This document shows positions 45,404-56,103 of a stretch of DNA of 64,000 nt, piece after piece (position 1 is the first letter of the stretch; every line of letters starts with the position of its first letter). Source of the DNA: Actinomycetes bacterium (lineage in GTDB: Bacteria; Actinomycetota; Actinomycetes; S36-B12; UBA5976); NCBI GenBank assembly GCA_037619625.1, contig JASJMK010000046.1, positions 711-64,710 of the forward strand. The letters run 5' to 3'. The position numbers were made by a program, and so were the translations under genes. The notes under the pieces were generated by a model. It did no database searches, was not told where the DNA came from, and saw nothing but the letters and a program-made list of their open reading frames with translations.

Positions 45404-46599
45404 GTTTTGGCGACATCCTGGATACCAGGGACCCTGCCACCGTTGTAAATCCATATGAAATTTACCGCGAACTTCGCTCCCATCGTGATTTAGTTTGGAG
45501 CGATCGACTCAATCTCTGGCTAGCACCTACTCATGAAACTGCGAATGCAACTTTGCGGAATAAAAATCTTGGTCGAATCTATAACGCGCAGGAGCCGTCT
45601 GACGAGTGGGAAATTTTTAACTGGTTGCACTCGGATTCCATTTTGGATAGTGAACCTCCAAAGCACACCAGACTTAGATCTCTAATTCAAAAAGCTTTTA
45701 CTCCAGGTCGCATCAACGCCTTGGAGCCAAACATTATCGAAATCTGCGAACAACTCTTAGCAGGTGCGGCAGCGAAAATTAAAGCTGAAGGCCAATTCGA
45801 TGTGCTTGCTGATTTTGCTGAGCCACTTCCAGTTCTTGTTATTGCAGATTTGTTGGGCGTCCCGCGAGATAAAGCAAATGATCTGCGTCGCTGGTCGCAA
45901 GACATCGTAAAAATGTATGAGTACGGTCGCACGCGCGAGCAAGAATTAGCAGCTCAGCAATCGGGCGCTGAGTTCAGTGCTTATATTTCACAGCTTGCAG
46001 CGCAGCGCAAAATTGAACCAAAGCCAGATCTGATCACGGCCTTGGTGGAAGTAGAAGAACAAGGCGAAAAACTAAATGAACATGAGTTGATTGCGATGTG
46101 TGTACTTTTGCTCAATGCGGGCCATGAAGCATCTGTTAACGGTTTTGGCAATGGAATGGTGGCAATGTTTAGGCACGCCTCTCAATTAGACCTGATGAAG
46201 AAAACTCCTCGCGAGTATGCAAAGACTGCACTCGAGGAAATGATGCGATTTGATTCGCCGCTTCACATGTTTGAAAGAACTGCAACTTCACAAACCACAA
46301 TTGGCAATACCACTGTTGAAGTTGGGCAAAAAGTAGTTTCCATGTTGGGAAGTGCAAATAGGGACGATGAAGTTTTTGTACAAGCGGACACTTTCGATAT
46401 CACCAGAGAATTAAATCCTCATATAGCTTTTGGGGCCGGTATACATTTTTGTATTGGCGCACCACTTGCCCGCCTCGAAATGCAAAATTCATTACCAATG
46501 CTGTTTGAAAAATTTCCCAATTTAACTCTTGTGGGGGAGCCGGTGCAGCGACCAACTTTTGTATTGCGAGGCTGGGAAAGTATTCCAGCCACTGGTTAA
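45400..46599 (+). CDS. Cytochrome P450 (CYP107-like)
   Basis: EPPKHTRLR, NAGHEASVN, EEMMR, FGAGIHFCIGAPLARLE. Confidence 0.93.
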   Translation: MSFGDILDTRDPATVVNPYEIYRELRSHRDLVWSDRLNLWLAPTHETANATLRNKNLGRIYNAQEPSDEWEIFNWLHSDSILDSEPPKHTRLRSLIQKAFTPGRINALEPNIIEICEQLLAGAAAKIKAEGQFDVLADFAEPLPVLVIADLLGVPRDKANDLRRWSQDIVKMYEYGRTREQELAAQQSGAEFSAYISQLAAQRKIEPKPDLITALVEVEEQGEKLNEHELIAMCVLLLNAGHEASVNGFGNGMVAMFRHASQLDLMKKTPREYAKTALEEMMRFDSPLHMFERTATSQTTIGNTTVEVGQKVVSMLGSANRDDEVFVQADTFDITRELNPHIAFGAGIHFCIGAPLARLEMQNSLPMLFEKFPNLTLVGEPVQRPTFVLRGWESIPATG

Positions 46600-46602
46600 G
46601 CC

Positions 46603-47865
46603 TTAATCCAGCGCAACTTTCATTGCTGCAAATTTTGCTTGCGATTCTGCAACTTCAGATTCTCCGGTCGAGCCGGCAACAATTCCACAGCCAGCAAAAA
46701 GGCGCAATTTAGTTCGCTCGTCATTCTCAATCAATGCACATCGAAGCGCGATTCCAAATTCGCCGTCACCGTTAGCAGCTAACCAACCAACTGGCGCAGA
46801 ATAACGACCTCGATCCATGCCTTCGAGTTCACGAATAACTTGCGTAGCGCGCTCTGTTGGTGTGCCACATACTGCGGCAGTTGGATGCAGCGATGCAGCC
46901 AATGCCAGAGCTGGCGCGGCATCAACAAGTTCACCAGTTACATCCGTGGCTAAATGCTGCACGTTAGCGAGCCGCAAAATAAATGGGCGTGCTGGAACAT
47001 TCAAGTCAGTGCAGTGAGTTGCCAACGCGGCAGCAACTGATTCAACGGCATAGACGTGTTCTTCTTGATCCTTATCGGAACCAAGTAACTCCGCCGCCAG
47101 TTGGCCATCTCGATCACTGTCTCTGCTTCGGCGCATTGTCCCGGCTAGAACTCGGCTTGTGACATGTTCACCTTCACGCTTGATCAACAATTCAGGCGTA
47201 GCGCCCACTAGTCCATCAACACAAAACGTCCAACATTCTGGAAACGCTTCATTTAGTCGGAGCAAAAGCGAACCGATATGAAGAGGCTGATCAAGTTGGG
47301 CAACTATGTCGCGGGCCAGCACGACTTTGTCTAGCTCACCGGAATTAATTCGAGCTACGGCCATATCAACGGCGGCTTGCCATTGAACCACTGGACGTGA
47401 GCCATCGAGCCAAGTTACTTGATTCAATCCGCGAGACAGAACATGTGGACCGCTAATTTTTGCAATTAAATCTGAGATTTCTAAATCCGTAATTGGTGCA
47501 TCACTGGTCATGGTCATCGTGGTGCCGAGAGCATCTCTTTTTACACAAACTTTTGGGACAACAACTACCGAAGTTCCAGGTTGTTTGTCGAAGGCAAAAG
47601 AGGCAAATGCAATTGGTTGATCACCTTCAGAAATTGCGCACTGCTGGGACCACCATCTTTGGGCTCGGCTAAATCGCTCTGGACCAGAAATTGTGATTCG
47701 AGCTATTTCATCCCAGCCAACGATTCCATGCTGATCTGTTGCTGCGCCATGTACCCAAGCTAAACCGCCTTCTGCTGGCAGTAACGACAAGATGTTTTTG
47801 ATATCTGGAAGTGGCGCACTTCGGACAAAAAGTTTTGTGGCAAGATCCACAGCTAAGGACGTCAT
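46603..47865 (-). CDS. menF: Isochorismate synthase
   Basis: KVVLARD, GATPELL, LAGT, KD.EEH, LHPTAAVCGTP, FAGCGIV; men context. Confidence 0.88.
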   Translation of the reverse strand: MTSLAVDLATKLFVRSAPLPDIKNILSLLPAEGGLAWVHGAATDQHGIVGWDEIARITISGPERFSRAQRWWSQQCAISEGDQPIAFASFAFDKQPGTSVVVVPKVCVKRDALGTTMTMTSDAPITDLEISDLIAKISGPHVLSRGLNQVTWLDGSRPVVQWQAAVDMAVARINSGELDKVVLARDIVAQLDQPLHIGSLLLRLNEAFPECWTFCVDGLVGATPELLIKREGEHVTSRVLAGTMRRSRDSDRDGQLAAELLGSDKDQEEHVYAVESVAAALATHCTDLNVPARPFILRLANVQHLATDVTGELVDAAPALALAASLHPTAAVCGTPTERATQVIRELEGMDRGRYSAPVGWLAANGDGEFGIALRCALIENDERTKLRLFAGCGIVAGSTGESEVAESQAKFAAMKVALD

Positions 47866-48022
47866 AACTAGATAAGCCTACGAGATCATGACTCACACAG
47901 CATTTTCACATGCCAACCCAAGATTTTCAGCTATGCGAAGTCTCATTAATGCCAAGGATTTGGGCTGGCCACAAGTCCACTACCGGAAATGCAACTTAGT
48001 TAATAACTGACAGAATGGGGGG

Positions 48023-48712
48023 ATGTCTCGTGCTTATTTGAACAAGGAACCACATGAAGTGGCAGCCATGTTCGATGCAGTTGCAAAGAAATATGACTTC
48101 ACGAATGATGTTTTGTCACTCGGGCAAACTCGCAGTTGGCGTAAGGCTGTAGTCGCCGCGGTAGCGCCGCTTACCGGTGAAGACATTTTGGATTTAGCTG
48201 CTGGAACAGGCACCAGTACACAGCCGTTCTATTTAGCAGGGGCAAATCCAACAGCATGTGATTTTAGTACTGGCATGCTCGAAGTTGGTCGAGAGCAATA
48301 TCCGCACTTAAATTTCGTGCAAGGTGATGCCATGAAATTGCCATTTGCAGACAATTCTTTTGATGCCGCAACAATCTCATTTGGGCTTCGAAATGTGCAA
48401 GACCCAGCTAAAGCCCTGGCTGAAATGGCTCGCGTCACTCGACCAGGTGGTCGGCTAGTGGTTTGTGAATTTAGCCATCCAACTTGGGTACCTTTTCGTA
48501 CTTTGTATTTGGAGTATCTGATGAAGGCGCTGCCAAGTGTTGCAACCAAGATTTCGAGTAATCCAGATGCCTATGTTTATTTGGCCGAATCAATTAGAGC
48601 TTGGCCAAACCAGGTGGCATTAAGCGAAATGATTTTGGCTTCGGGCTGGCAGACGTGCGAATATCGCGATCTGACCGGAGGAATCGTGGCTATTCACCGA
48701 GCCACCAAGTAA
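48023..48712 (+). CDS. menG: Demethylmenaquinone methyltransferase
   Basis: [31 protein letters not shown]. Confidence 0.95.
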   Translation: MSRAYLNKEPHEVAAMFDAVAKKYDFTNDVLSLGQTRSWRKAVVAAVAPLTGEDILDLAAGTGTSTQPFYLAGANPTACDFSTGMLEVGREQYPHLNFVQGDAMKLPFADNSFDAATISFGLRNVQDPAKALAEMARVTRPGGRLVVCEFSHPTWVPFRTLYLEYLMKALPSVATKISSNPDAYVYLAESIRAWPNQVALSEMILASGWQTCEYRDLTGGIVAIHRATK

Positions 48713-48801
48713 TTCCCGTGGCTATTCACCGAGCCACCAAGTAATTCCCGTGGCTATTCACCGAGCCACCAAGTAACTCCCGTGGCTATTCACCGAGCCA
48801 C
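48685..48801. repeat. 32-bp tandem repeat (~3.7 copies) of the menG 3' end including its stop codon
   Basis: CGTGGCTATTCACCGAGCCACCAAGTAATTCC at 48685, 48717, 48749 (1 mismatch) and 48781 (partial); internal stem GTGGCT/AGCCAC. Confidence 0.92.
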
Positions 48802-48855
48802 TGACCCCACCTAGAAGATGCCAATTTAGCCCGAGCAAATAAACTGTTGAAGTAA

Positions 48856-48873
48856 AAGTGAATCTTTTCACAA
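48856..48873. promoter_or_regulatory. Rex operator upstream of nuoA
   Basis: AAGTGAA-TCTT-TTCACAA versus consensus TTGTGAA-N4-TTCACAA; rex is present in the window. Confidence 0.72.
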
Positions 48874-48961
48874 AGACACAAACTTCGATTCTTTCCGCGT
48901 CTTTTCGGCTCTAGAATTGAGTGGATTAAGCGTTGAATAGCAAGCGAGAGGTGGCCGCAAA

Positions 48962-49330
48962 GTGGGTCAGGGCAATGTCTACCTCCCCATTTTTTTCTTG
49001 GGTCTTTTAGCATTTGGCTTTGCTGCTTTTTCTGTCACGATCGCTTCCGTAACTGGGCCAAAAAGATATAACCGAGCAAAAGTTGATGCCTATGAATGTG
49101 GAATTCAACCCGCTCAAGTGCAACTGGGTGGTGGCAGATTCCCAGTCAAGTACTACATAACTGCAATGCTTTTTATTATTTTTGATATTGAAATCGTTTT
49201 TCTTTATCCGTGGGCAGTTTCGTTCGACATGCTGGGTCTCTTTGGTTTAATTGAAATGATAATTTTCGTCCTAACCGTATTTGTTGCGTACATTTTTGTT
49301 TGGCGCCGCGGCGGACTTGAGTGGGATTAA
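48962..49330 (+). CDS. nuoA: NADH-quinone oxidoreductase subunit A
   Basis: YECG, FDIE.VFLYPWA. Confidence 0.96.
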   Translation: MGQGNVYLPIFFLGLLAFGFAAFSVTIASVTGPKRYNRAKVDAYECGIQPAQVQLGGGRFPVKYYITAMLFIIFDIEIVFLYPWAVSFDMLGLFGLIEMIIFVLTVFVAYIFVWRRGGLEWD

Positions 49331-49360
49331 GAATAAAAGAAACTGGGGCTTGAGGAAAAC

Positions 49361-49912
49361 ATGGGATTAGAAGAGAAGTTACCAAGTGGGGTTCTACTTA
49401 CCACCGTTGAAGGACTTGCTGGTTATGCCCGAAAGAATTCACTTTGGCCTGCCACATTTGGTTTAGCTTGTTGCGCGATTGAGATGATGGCAACTGGTGC
49501 CGGTAGATATGACATTGCTCGCTTTGGCATGGAAGTATTTCGCGCTTCACCGCGACAAGCAGATCTTATGATTGTGGCTGGCCGAGTCAGTCAAAAAATG
49601 GCTCCAGTTCTTCGCCAAATTTATGACCAAATGCCAGAACCTAAATGGGTGCTGGCAATGGGTGCCTGCGCATCATCAGGTGGAATGTTTAACAACTACG
49701 CCATTGTCCAGGGTGTAGATCACATTGTGCCAGTAGATATTTATTTGCCGGGCTGCCCACCTCGCCCAGAGATGCTTCTTGATGCACTTATGAAACTTCA
49801 GGAACAAATTGGAGATACAAAACTTGGGGCAAATCGCAAGCGTCAAATAGTTGAATTGGAGCAAGCGGCACTACTCGCAACTCCGGTAACTGCTGCGCGG
49901 GGTCGAATTTAA
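49361..49912 (+). CDS. nuoB: NADH-quinone oxidoreductase subunit B
   Basis: [24 protein letters not shown]. Confidence 0.97.
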   Translation: MGLEEKLPSGVLLTTVEGLAGYARKNSLWPATFGLACCAIEMMATGAGRYDIARFGMEVFRASPRQADLMIVAGRVSQKMAPVLRQIYDQMPEPKWVLAMGACASSGGMFNNYAIVQGVDHIVPVDIYLPGCPPRPEMLLDALMKLQEQIGDTKLGANRKRQIVELEQAALLATPVTAARGRI

Positions 49913-50622
49913 TGAGTGATGATTCGATGAGTGGAGAACTTGTTCACGCAGGGCAACCACTGTTAGAAGTTTCTGGAGTTAGCCAAGGAATGTTTGGCGC
50001 ATCTGGATCGGGCGACACTTCTGGTTTTGGCGGCTTGGTAACGCTCATTCCCGTACCAGCGCCATCAGCTCGACCATTTGGAAGTTATTTCGATGTAATC
50101 GCAGATGAATTGAACGCAGCACTTCCAGATTTCGGAACTACCTGGGATAAAGCAGTTGAAAAAGTTGTGGTTGATCAAGATGAATTAACCATCCATGTTC
50201 GTCCAACTGAAATTGTTGCATTTGCAAAAGCTCTACGTGATGAACCTGGTTTACGTTTTGAACTTTGCTTGGGAGTCAGTGGCGTGCACTACCCAGGTCA
50301 TGCAGGTCGTGAATTGCATGCGGTTTATCACTTTAAGTCAATCACCCATAACCGAAGAGTTCGAATTGAAATTAGCGTTCCAGATGCAACTCCTCACATT
50401 CCATCGATCATGACGGTCTATCCCACTAATGACTGGCATGAACGTGAGACCTATGACTTTTTTGGAATTATTTTTGATGGCCACCCGCACCTAACTCGCA
50501 TCTTGATGCCAGATGATTGGCAAGGTCACCCCCAGCGCAAGGATTACCCGCTGGGTGGAGTTCCCGTTGAATATAAAGGCGCAACTATTCCACCTCCTGA
50601 TACTCGGAGGTCTTACAGCTAA
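49912..50622 (+). CDS. nuoC: NADH-quinone oxidoreductase subunit C
   Basis: WHERE.YDFFG..F.GHP.L.RI, GHP.RKDYP. Confidence 0.96.
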   Translation: MSDDSMSGELVHAGQPLLEVSGVSQGMFGASGSGDTSGFGGLVTLIPVPAPSARPFGSYFDVIADELNAALPDFGTTWDKAVEKVVVDQDELTIHVRPTEIVAFAKALRDEPGLRFELCLGVSGVHYPGHAGRELHAVYHFKSITHNRRVRIEISVPDATPHIPSIMTVYPTNDWHERETYDFFGIIFDGHPHLTRILMPDDWQGHPQRKDYPLGGVPVEYKGATIPPPDTRRSYS

Positions 50623-51941
50623 TGACTGATGCCTACGCACCAACTTACGAAACCACTGATGGCCGAGTTCACACTGTCATGGGTCAAGACTGGGATTCAG
50701 TTCTTGGCGCAGCTGAAGGTGAGCACGAGCGCGTGGTCATCAACATGGGTCCCCAGCACCCATCAACACACGGAGTATTGCGCCTGATTTTAGAACTGGA
50801 AGGCGAGACTGTCACCGAGGCACGCTGTGGCATCGGATACTTGCACACTGGTATCGAAAAGAATTTGGAATATCGCACCTGGACACAGGGTGTAACTTTT
50901 GTAACTCGAATGGATTACTTGTCACCATTCTTTAACGAAGCCGCTTACTGCTTAGGAGTTGAAAAACTTCTCGGTATCACAGATCAGATTCCAGAACGCG
51001 CCCAAATTATTCGGGTAATGATGATGGAACTAAATCGAGTTTCTTCACACTTAGTTGCACTTGCCACGGGTGGAATGGAACTTGGCGCATTAACTGCAAT
51101 GATCTTCGGTTTCCGCGAACGCGAATCAGTTCTGGACTTATTCGAGTTAGTAACGGGATTACGCATGAATAGCGCTTACATCCGCCCGGGTGGGGTAGCG
51201 CAAGATTTACCACCAGGGGCAGAGCAGCAGATTCGTGACACGATTATGGCCCTGCCGCGCCGCATGAAAGACACCGCAGATTTGCTAGTAGACAATTCGA
51301 TTTGGTTAGCGCGCACCTCAGGAATTGGAAAATTAGATCTCGCAGGTTGTATGGCACTTGGAATTACTGGACCGGTTTTGCGGGCAACTGGACTACCAGA
51401 AGATTTACGCAAGACGCAGCCTTACAGCGGATATGAAAATTACGAATTTGATGTGAAGACCCAAACATCCGCCGATGCATATGGGCGCTTCTTAATTCGA
51501 CTAACGGAAATGGGCGAATCACTGAACATCGTCGAGCAATGTTTAGATCGTCTGGCGCCAGGGCCTGTGATGGTTGAAGATAAAAAAATTGCCTGGCCAG
51601 CGCAACTCTCTATTGGTTCAGACGGTCAAGGAAACTCCCTGGATCACATTCGACACATCATGGGCGAGTCCATGGAAGCACTAATTCATCACTTCAAACT
51701 CGTCACTGAAGGTTTTCAAGTTCCAGCAGGTCAGGTTTACAGCGCTGTCGAATCGCCGCGGGGCGAATTGGGAGTGCACATAGTTTCTGACGGCAGCACA
51801 CGTCCTTACCGGGTTCATTACCGTGATCCATCGTTCACAAATTTGCAAGCTGTTGCAGCAATGTGTGAAGGCGGACAAATTGCGGATGTAATTGCCGCTG
51901 TGGCTTCCATTGATCCAGTAATGGGAGGCGTGGACCGCTAA
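50622..51941 (+). CDS. nuoD: NADH-quinone oxidoreductase subunit D
   Basis: [26 protein letters not shown]. Confidence 0.97.
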   Translation: MTDAYAPTYETTDGRVHTVMGQDWDSVLGAAEGEHERVVINMGPQHPSTHGVLRLILELEGETVTEARCGIGYLHTGIEKNLEYRTWTQGVTFVTRMDYLSPFFNEAAYCLGVEKLLGITDQIPERAQIIRVMMMELNRVSSHLVALATGGMELGALTAMIFGFRERESVLDLFELVTGLRMNSAYIRPGGVAQDLPPGAEQQIRDTIMALPRRMKDTADLLVDNSIWLARTSGIGKLDLAGCMALGITGPVLRATGLPEDLRKTQPYSGYENYEFDVKTQTSADAYGRFLIRLTEMGESLNIVEQCLDRLAPGPVMVEDKKIAWPAQLSIGSDGQGNSLDHIRHIMGESMEALIHHFKLVTEGFQVPAGQVYSAVESPRGELGVHIVSDGSTRPYRVHYRDPSFTNLQAVAAMCEGGQIADVIAAVASIDPVMGGVDR

Positions 51942-52589
51942 ATGTCAATCTCAGAAACAACTCGTGAACAAGCGCGCGAAATTATTGCCCGCTATCCGCA
52001 AGCTCGCTCGGCATTACTTCCGATGCTGCATTTAATGCAAGCCGAAGAAGGCTATGTAAGCGCGGACGGCATTTCACTCTGCGCCGAAGAACTAGGACTT
52101 ACCACTGCGGAAGTTGCAGCAGTTGCAACTTTTTACACCATGTATCACCGCAAGCCAGCAGGTGAATATCACATAGGTGTCTGCATTAACCCGAGTTGTG
52201 GAATCTTAGGCGGCGACGCAATCTGGGAAAAGGTGAGTGGGCGCTTAGGTATTGGCCATGATGAAGTTACCCCTGATGGAAAAATTTCGTTGGAGCGCAT
52301 TGAGTGTCAAGCCGCCTGTACTCACGCGCCAGTGATGACCGCTAACTGGGAATTCATGGACAACATGACGCCGGAATCTGCGATTGATGTCATCGAAAAA
52401 TTGGCAAGTGGAAAAGAAGTAACTAGTACTCGTGGACCTCGCATTCGCACATTTAAGGAAAACTCATTGACCCTTGCTGGCTTTAATGACGGACTTGTTG
52501 ATGACGGCGGGCAAGCAGATGAACAAATGTTAGCTGGCTTGAAACGTGCCAAAGAACTTGGTCAAAGTGCACCGGGAGTAAAAATATGA
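51942..52589 (+). CDS. nuoE: NADH-quinone oxidoreductase subunit E
   Basis: RSALLP.LH, VATFY, C....C and EC..AC 2Fe-2S ligands. Confidence 0.95.
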   Translation: MSISETTREQAREIIARYPQARSALLPMLHLMQAEEGYVSADGISLCAEELGLTTAEVAAVATFYTMYHRKPAGEYHIGVCINPSCGILGGDAIWEKVSGRLGIGHDEVTPDGKISLERIECQAACTHAPVMTANWEFMDNMTPESAIDVIEKLASGKEVTSTRGPRIRTFKENSLTLAGFNDGLVDDGGQADEQMLAGLKRAKELGQSAPGVKI

Positions 52590-53887
52590 CGCTAACCCCA
52601 GTACTAAGCGCGCATTGGGACGAGCCTGATTCTTACAAAATCTCGGGTTACCAGCGCCATGGCGGCTATACCGCATTTAAGAAAGCATTTGCCACTGGTC
52701 CTGATGAGATCATTTCGATTGTTAAAGATTCAGGATTACGCGGTCGCGGAGGCGCAGGATTTCCAACTGGATTGAAGTGGAGTTTCGTGCCACAAGGCGA
52801 TGACAAGCCACACTACTTAGTTGTTAATGCTGATGAATCTGAACCAGGTGCTTGCAAGGACACGCCATTAATGATGGCAAACCCACACTCTTTAATTGAG
52901 GGCGTAATCATCGCGGCTTATGCGATGCGCGCAAATCATGCATTCATTTACATCCGCGGAGAAATTCCTCATGTATTCCGCCGAGTTGATAATGCAATTC
53001 GGGAAGCTTATTCGGCTGGTTACCTTGGTAAAAATATTATGGGATCCGGCTTTGATCTTGAAGTTGTGTTACACGCTGGTGCGGGAGCTTACATTTGTGG
53101 TGAGGAAACTGCGCTACTTGATTCCCTTGAGGGGCGCCGCGGTCAGCCTAGATTGAAACCACCGTTTCCTGCAGTATCGGGACTTTACGCTTCACCATCT
53201 TGCGTTAATAATGTTGAAACTATTGCGAATATTCCATACCTAATTAACAATGGCGTGGACTGGTTTAGATCTTTTGGTACTGAGAAGTCACCTGGGTTCA
53301 AACTATTCGCAGTTTCGGGACACGTGAATCGTCCAGGTATTTATGAAGCCCCACTTGGAATTACGATGCGCGAACTTCTTGAACATGCTGGTGGTGTTCG
53401 AAACGGACACACCGTTAAATTCTGGCTGCCAGGTGGTTCGTCAGTTCCAATGTTGACGCCAGATCTTTTGGATACGCCATTAACTTACGAAGACATTGCT
53501 GCTGCCGGTTCGATGCTAGGAACTGGCACGCCGATGATTTTTGATGAAACAACTTCAGTGGTGCGAGCAGTAACGGGTTGGATCTCGTTTTACAAGCACG
53601 AGTCCTGTGGCAAGTGCACACCTTGTCGCGAAGGCACTTGGTGGTTAAGCGATGTACTTCATCGGTTTGAAGCAGGCCATGGAACTGAATCCGACTTAGA
53701 TAAGTTGATTGATATTTGCGAGCAAATTGCAGGCAGATCATTCTGTGCACTTGGCGATGCTGCTGCCACACCATTCCCAGCAGCGCTTAAATATTTCCGC
53801 GATGAATTTATTCAAGCAACTTCGACTCCAGCAAATGTTTCTTACGATCCGGTAGCAGCCACAGTTTTTGCAGGTGCATCGCTATGA
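52586..53887 (+). CDS. nuoF: NADH-quinone oxidoreductase subunit F
   Basis: GRGGAGFPTG.KW, NADESEPG, ESCGKCTPCREG. Confidence 0.97.
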   Translation: MTLTPVLSAHWDEPDSYKISGYQRHGGYTAFKKAFATGPDEIISIVKDSGLRGRGGAGFPTGLKWSFVPQGDDKPHYLVVNADESEPGACKDTPLMMANPHSLIEGVIIAAYAMRANHAFIYIRGEIPHVFRRVDNAIREAYSAGYLGKNIMGSGFDLEVVLHAGAGAYICGEETALLDSLEGRRGQPRLKPPFPAVSGLYASPSCVNNVETIANIPYLINNGVDWFRSFGTEKSPGFKLFAVSGHVNRPGIYEAPLGITMRELLEHAGGVRNGHTVKFWLPGGSSVPMLTPDLLDTPLTYEDIAAAGSMLGTGTPMIFDETTSVVRAVTGWISFYKHESCGKCTPCREGTWWLSDVLHRFEAGHGTESDLDKLIDICEQIAGRSFCALGDAAATPFPAALKYFRDEFIQATSTPANVSYDPVAATVFAGASL

Positions 53888-56103
53888 CAGTAACCACCCA
53901 GACCGTTATGGTCACTGTCGATGGAGTTGTAGTAGAAGTTCCTGCTGGCACGTTAGTTATTCGAGTTGCCGAAATGCTTGGCACTGCAATCCCGCGTTTT
54001 TGTGATCACCCGTTGCTTGCGCCAGTAGCCGCATGTCGCATGTGTTTAGTTGAAATTGAAGGCCAGGGTAAACCGCAGCCATCGTGTGCGATTGTGGTGT
54101 CCGATGGCATGGTAATTAAAACTCAGCACACCAGTGAATTAGCGGAAAAAGCGCAAGCCGGCGTCATGGAATTTCTTTTGATAAATCACCCATTGGATTG
54201 TCCAATTTGCGACAAGGGTGGCGAATGTCCGTTGCAAAATCAGGCCATGACAAATGGTCAAAGCGAAACAAGATTCCTGGGAACCAAGCGCACATTTCCA
54301 AAACCTATCAACGTCAGCGCACAAGTACTTTTGGATCGCGAACGCTGCGTCTCCTGTGCACGCTGTACTCGCTTCGCTGATGAAATAGCTGGCGATCCAT
54401 TCATTGAATTACTTGAACGCGGTGCAAACCAACAAGTGGGTATTTCGGAAGATCAACCATTTGATTCTTATTTCTCAGGCAACACGATCCAAATTTGTCC
54501 AGTGGGCGCTTTAACAAGTGCGAAGTATCGCTTCCGGTCGCGCCCATTTGATTTAGTAAGTGCGCCGACAGCATGTGAACACTGCGCCAGTGGCTGCGCA
54601 TTGCGCACTGATGTTCGTCGAAGTTCTGTCATGCGCCGATTGGCATGGGACGCCCCAGAAGTTAATGAAGAATGGAACTGCGACAAGGGTCGTTTTGCTT
54701 TCCCTTACACGGGGCAAGCTCGCTTGAGCCAGCCATTAGTTCGCGATCAAGACGGCAATTTAGTTCCAACTTCTTGGCCTGAAGCACTTCGAATTGCTGC
54801 TGCTGGGTTAGCTAAGTCTGGGGCAGCAACTGGAGTTTTAACCGGTGGGCGAATCACAATCGAAGATGCTCAGGCTTACGCCTCCTTCGCGCGCGAAGTT
54901 CTTGGCACAAGTGATGTGGACTTTAGAGCTCGCGCAGTAAGTAATGAGGAAACTGCATTTTTGGCCAATTACGTTGCTGGTACGCCGCTTGACGTTACTT
55001 ATGGCGACTTAGAAACTGCGGCAAGTGTGCTGCTGGTTGGGTTTGAACCCGAAGATGAATCCCCAATCATCTTCTTGCGTCTTCGTAAAGCAGCCCTCAA
55101 GGCAAATACCAAGGTCTACTCGGTGGCTCCTTACGCGAGTGCGGGTCTTGCCAAAATGAAGGGCACACTTTTAGTTGCAGGACCACAAGAAGAAGTTTCA
55201 GTAATTAACCAAGCTGCTGCAAATCTTTCGGGTAGGGACAGCATTATTTTGGTCGGTGAACGTGCTGCACAAATACCGGGAGCACTCAAGGCGGTTGTTG
55301 ATTTAGCACAGGCAACTGGTGCTCGGCTTGCTTGGATTCCACGTCGTGCCGGAGATCGCGGCGCACTTGATGCTGGCTTACTTCCAATCGGCGGTCGTAA
55401 CACAACAGATATTATTTCAGCGGCTGGAACAAAAATTAAGGGCTTGCTTGTCGGAGGAGTTTCGCCGGAGGATGTAGTTGGCGATTTACTAACTGCAATC
55501 GACCGAGCAGACTTTGTCGTGTCACTAGAAACGCGACACACAGACGTAACTGCACTTGCTGATGTGGTTTTACCTGTTGCCGTTGTCACAGAAAAGAGTG
55601 GTACTTTCCGAAATTGGGAGGGCCGCGATCGCAGCTTTAATGCAGTAACACCAGCGCCTGGAGTGATGAGTGATGCTGCGGTACTTGGCGAGATCGCAAC
55701 TGAATTAGGCAAGAGTTTAAGTGTTGGTGACTACTGGGCAGCAGTTGCTAAACCAACATTGGTTGCCGAGTCCCCAGTTACCGCTGCCATTTCATCTGGC
55801 CAGGCCGTGTTGTCTTCCTGGCGACATTTACTCGACAAAGGTGCGCTGCAAACTGGTGAACCATATCTAGCGGCAACTTCTAGAGTTGCAGTTGTTAGGG
55901 TAAGCCCAGCAACCGCGCAAGCTTTAGGTTTACAAGACGGCGCGAGCACCGACGTAAGTTTTGCTGGCAACATCGCAACTGCGCCATTAGTTGTTACTGC
56001 AGGAATGGCTGACGATGTCGTTTGGATTCCAGCAAACAGTGAAGGAAGCTCCTTGAATTTACCTTCAGGATGCGTAGTCGCCGTATCGCAGGTGGGCAAA
56101 TAA
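53884..56103 (+). CDS. nuoG: NADH-quinone oxidoreductase subunit G
   Basis: [43 protein letters not shown]. Confidence 0.96.
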   Translation: MTVTTQTVMVTVDGVVVEVPAGTLVIRVAEMLGTAIPRFCDHPLLAPVAACRMCLVEIEGQGKPQPSCAIVVSDGMVIKTQHTSELAEKAQAGVMEFLLINHPLDCPICDKGGECPLQNQAMTNGQSETRFLGTKRTFPKPINVSAQVLLDRERCVSCARCTRFADEIAGDPFIELLERGANQQVGISEDQPFDSYFSGNTIQICPVGALTSAKYRFRSRPFDLVSAPTACEHCASGCALRTDVRRSSVMRRLAWDAPEVNEEWNCDKGRFAFPYTGQARLSQPLVRDQDGNLVPTSWPEALRIAAAGLAKSGAATGVLTGGRITIEDAQAYASFAREVLGTSDVDFRARAVSNEETAFLANYVAGTPLDVTYGDLETAASVLLVGFEPEDESPIIFLRLRKAALKANTKVYSVAPYASAGLAKMKGTLLVAGPQEEVSVINQAAANLSGRDSIILVGERAAQIPGALKAVVDLAQATGARLAWIPRRAGDRGALDAGLLPIGGRNTTDIISAAGTKIKGLLVGGVSPEDVVGDLLTAIDRADFVVSLETRHTDVTALADVVLPVAVVTEKSGTFRNWEGRDRSFNAVTPAPGVMSDAAVLGEIATELGKSLSVGDYWAAVAKPTLVAESPVTAAISSGQAVLSSWRHLLDKGALQTGEPYLAATSRVAVVRVSPATAQALGLQDGASTDVSFAGNIATAPLVVTAGMADDVVWIPANSEGSSLNLPSGCVVAVSQVGK

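Noticed and set aside
47888-48010. 40-codon ORF between menF and menG
   Set aside because: No RBS or recognisable motif, and it occupies divergent promoter space.
48685-48801. 32-bp repeats with an internal palindrome as a CRISPR array
   Set aside because: Units are head-to-tail with no spacers and are copies of menG coding sequence; no cas operon is present.
49313-49378. In-frame GLEE-like echo (CTG GGG CTT GAG GAA AAC) just before the nuoB start
   Set aside because: Short and overlaps the RBS; cannot be distinguished from chance.
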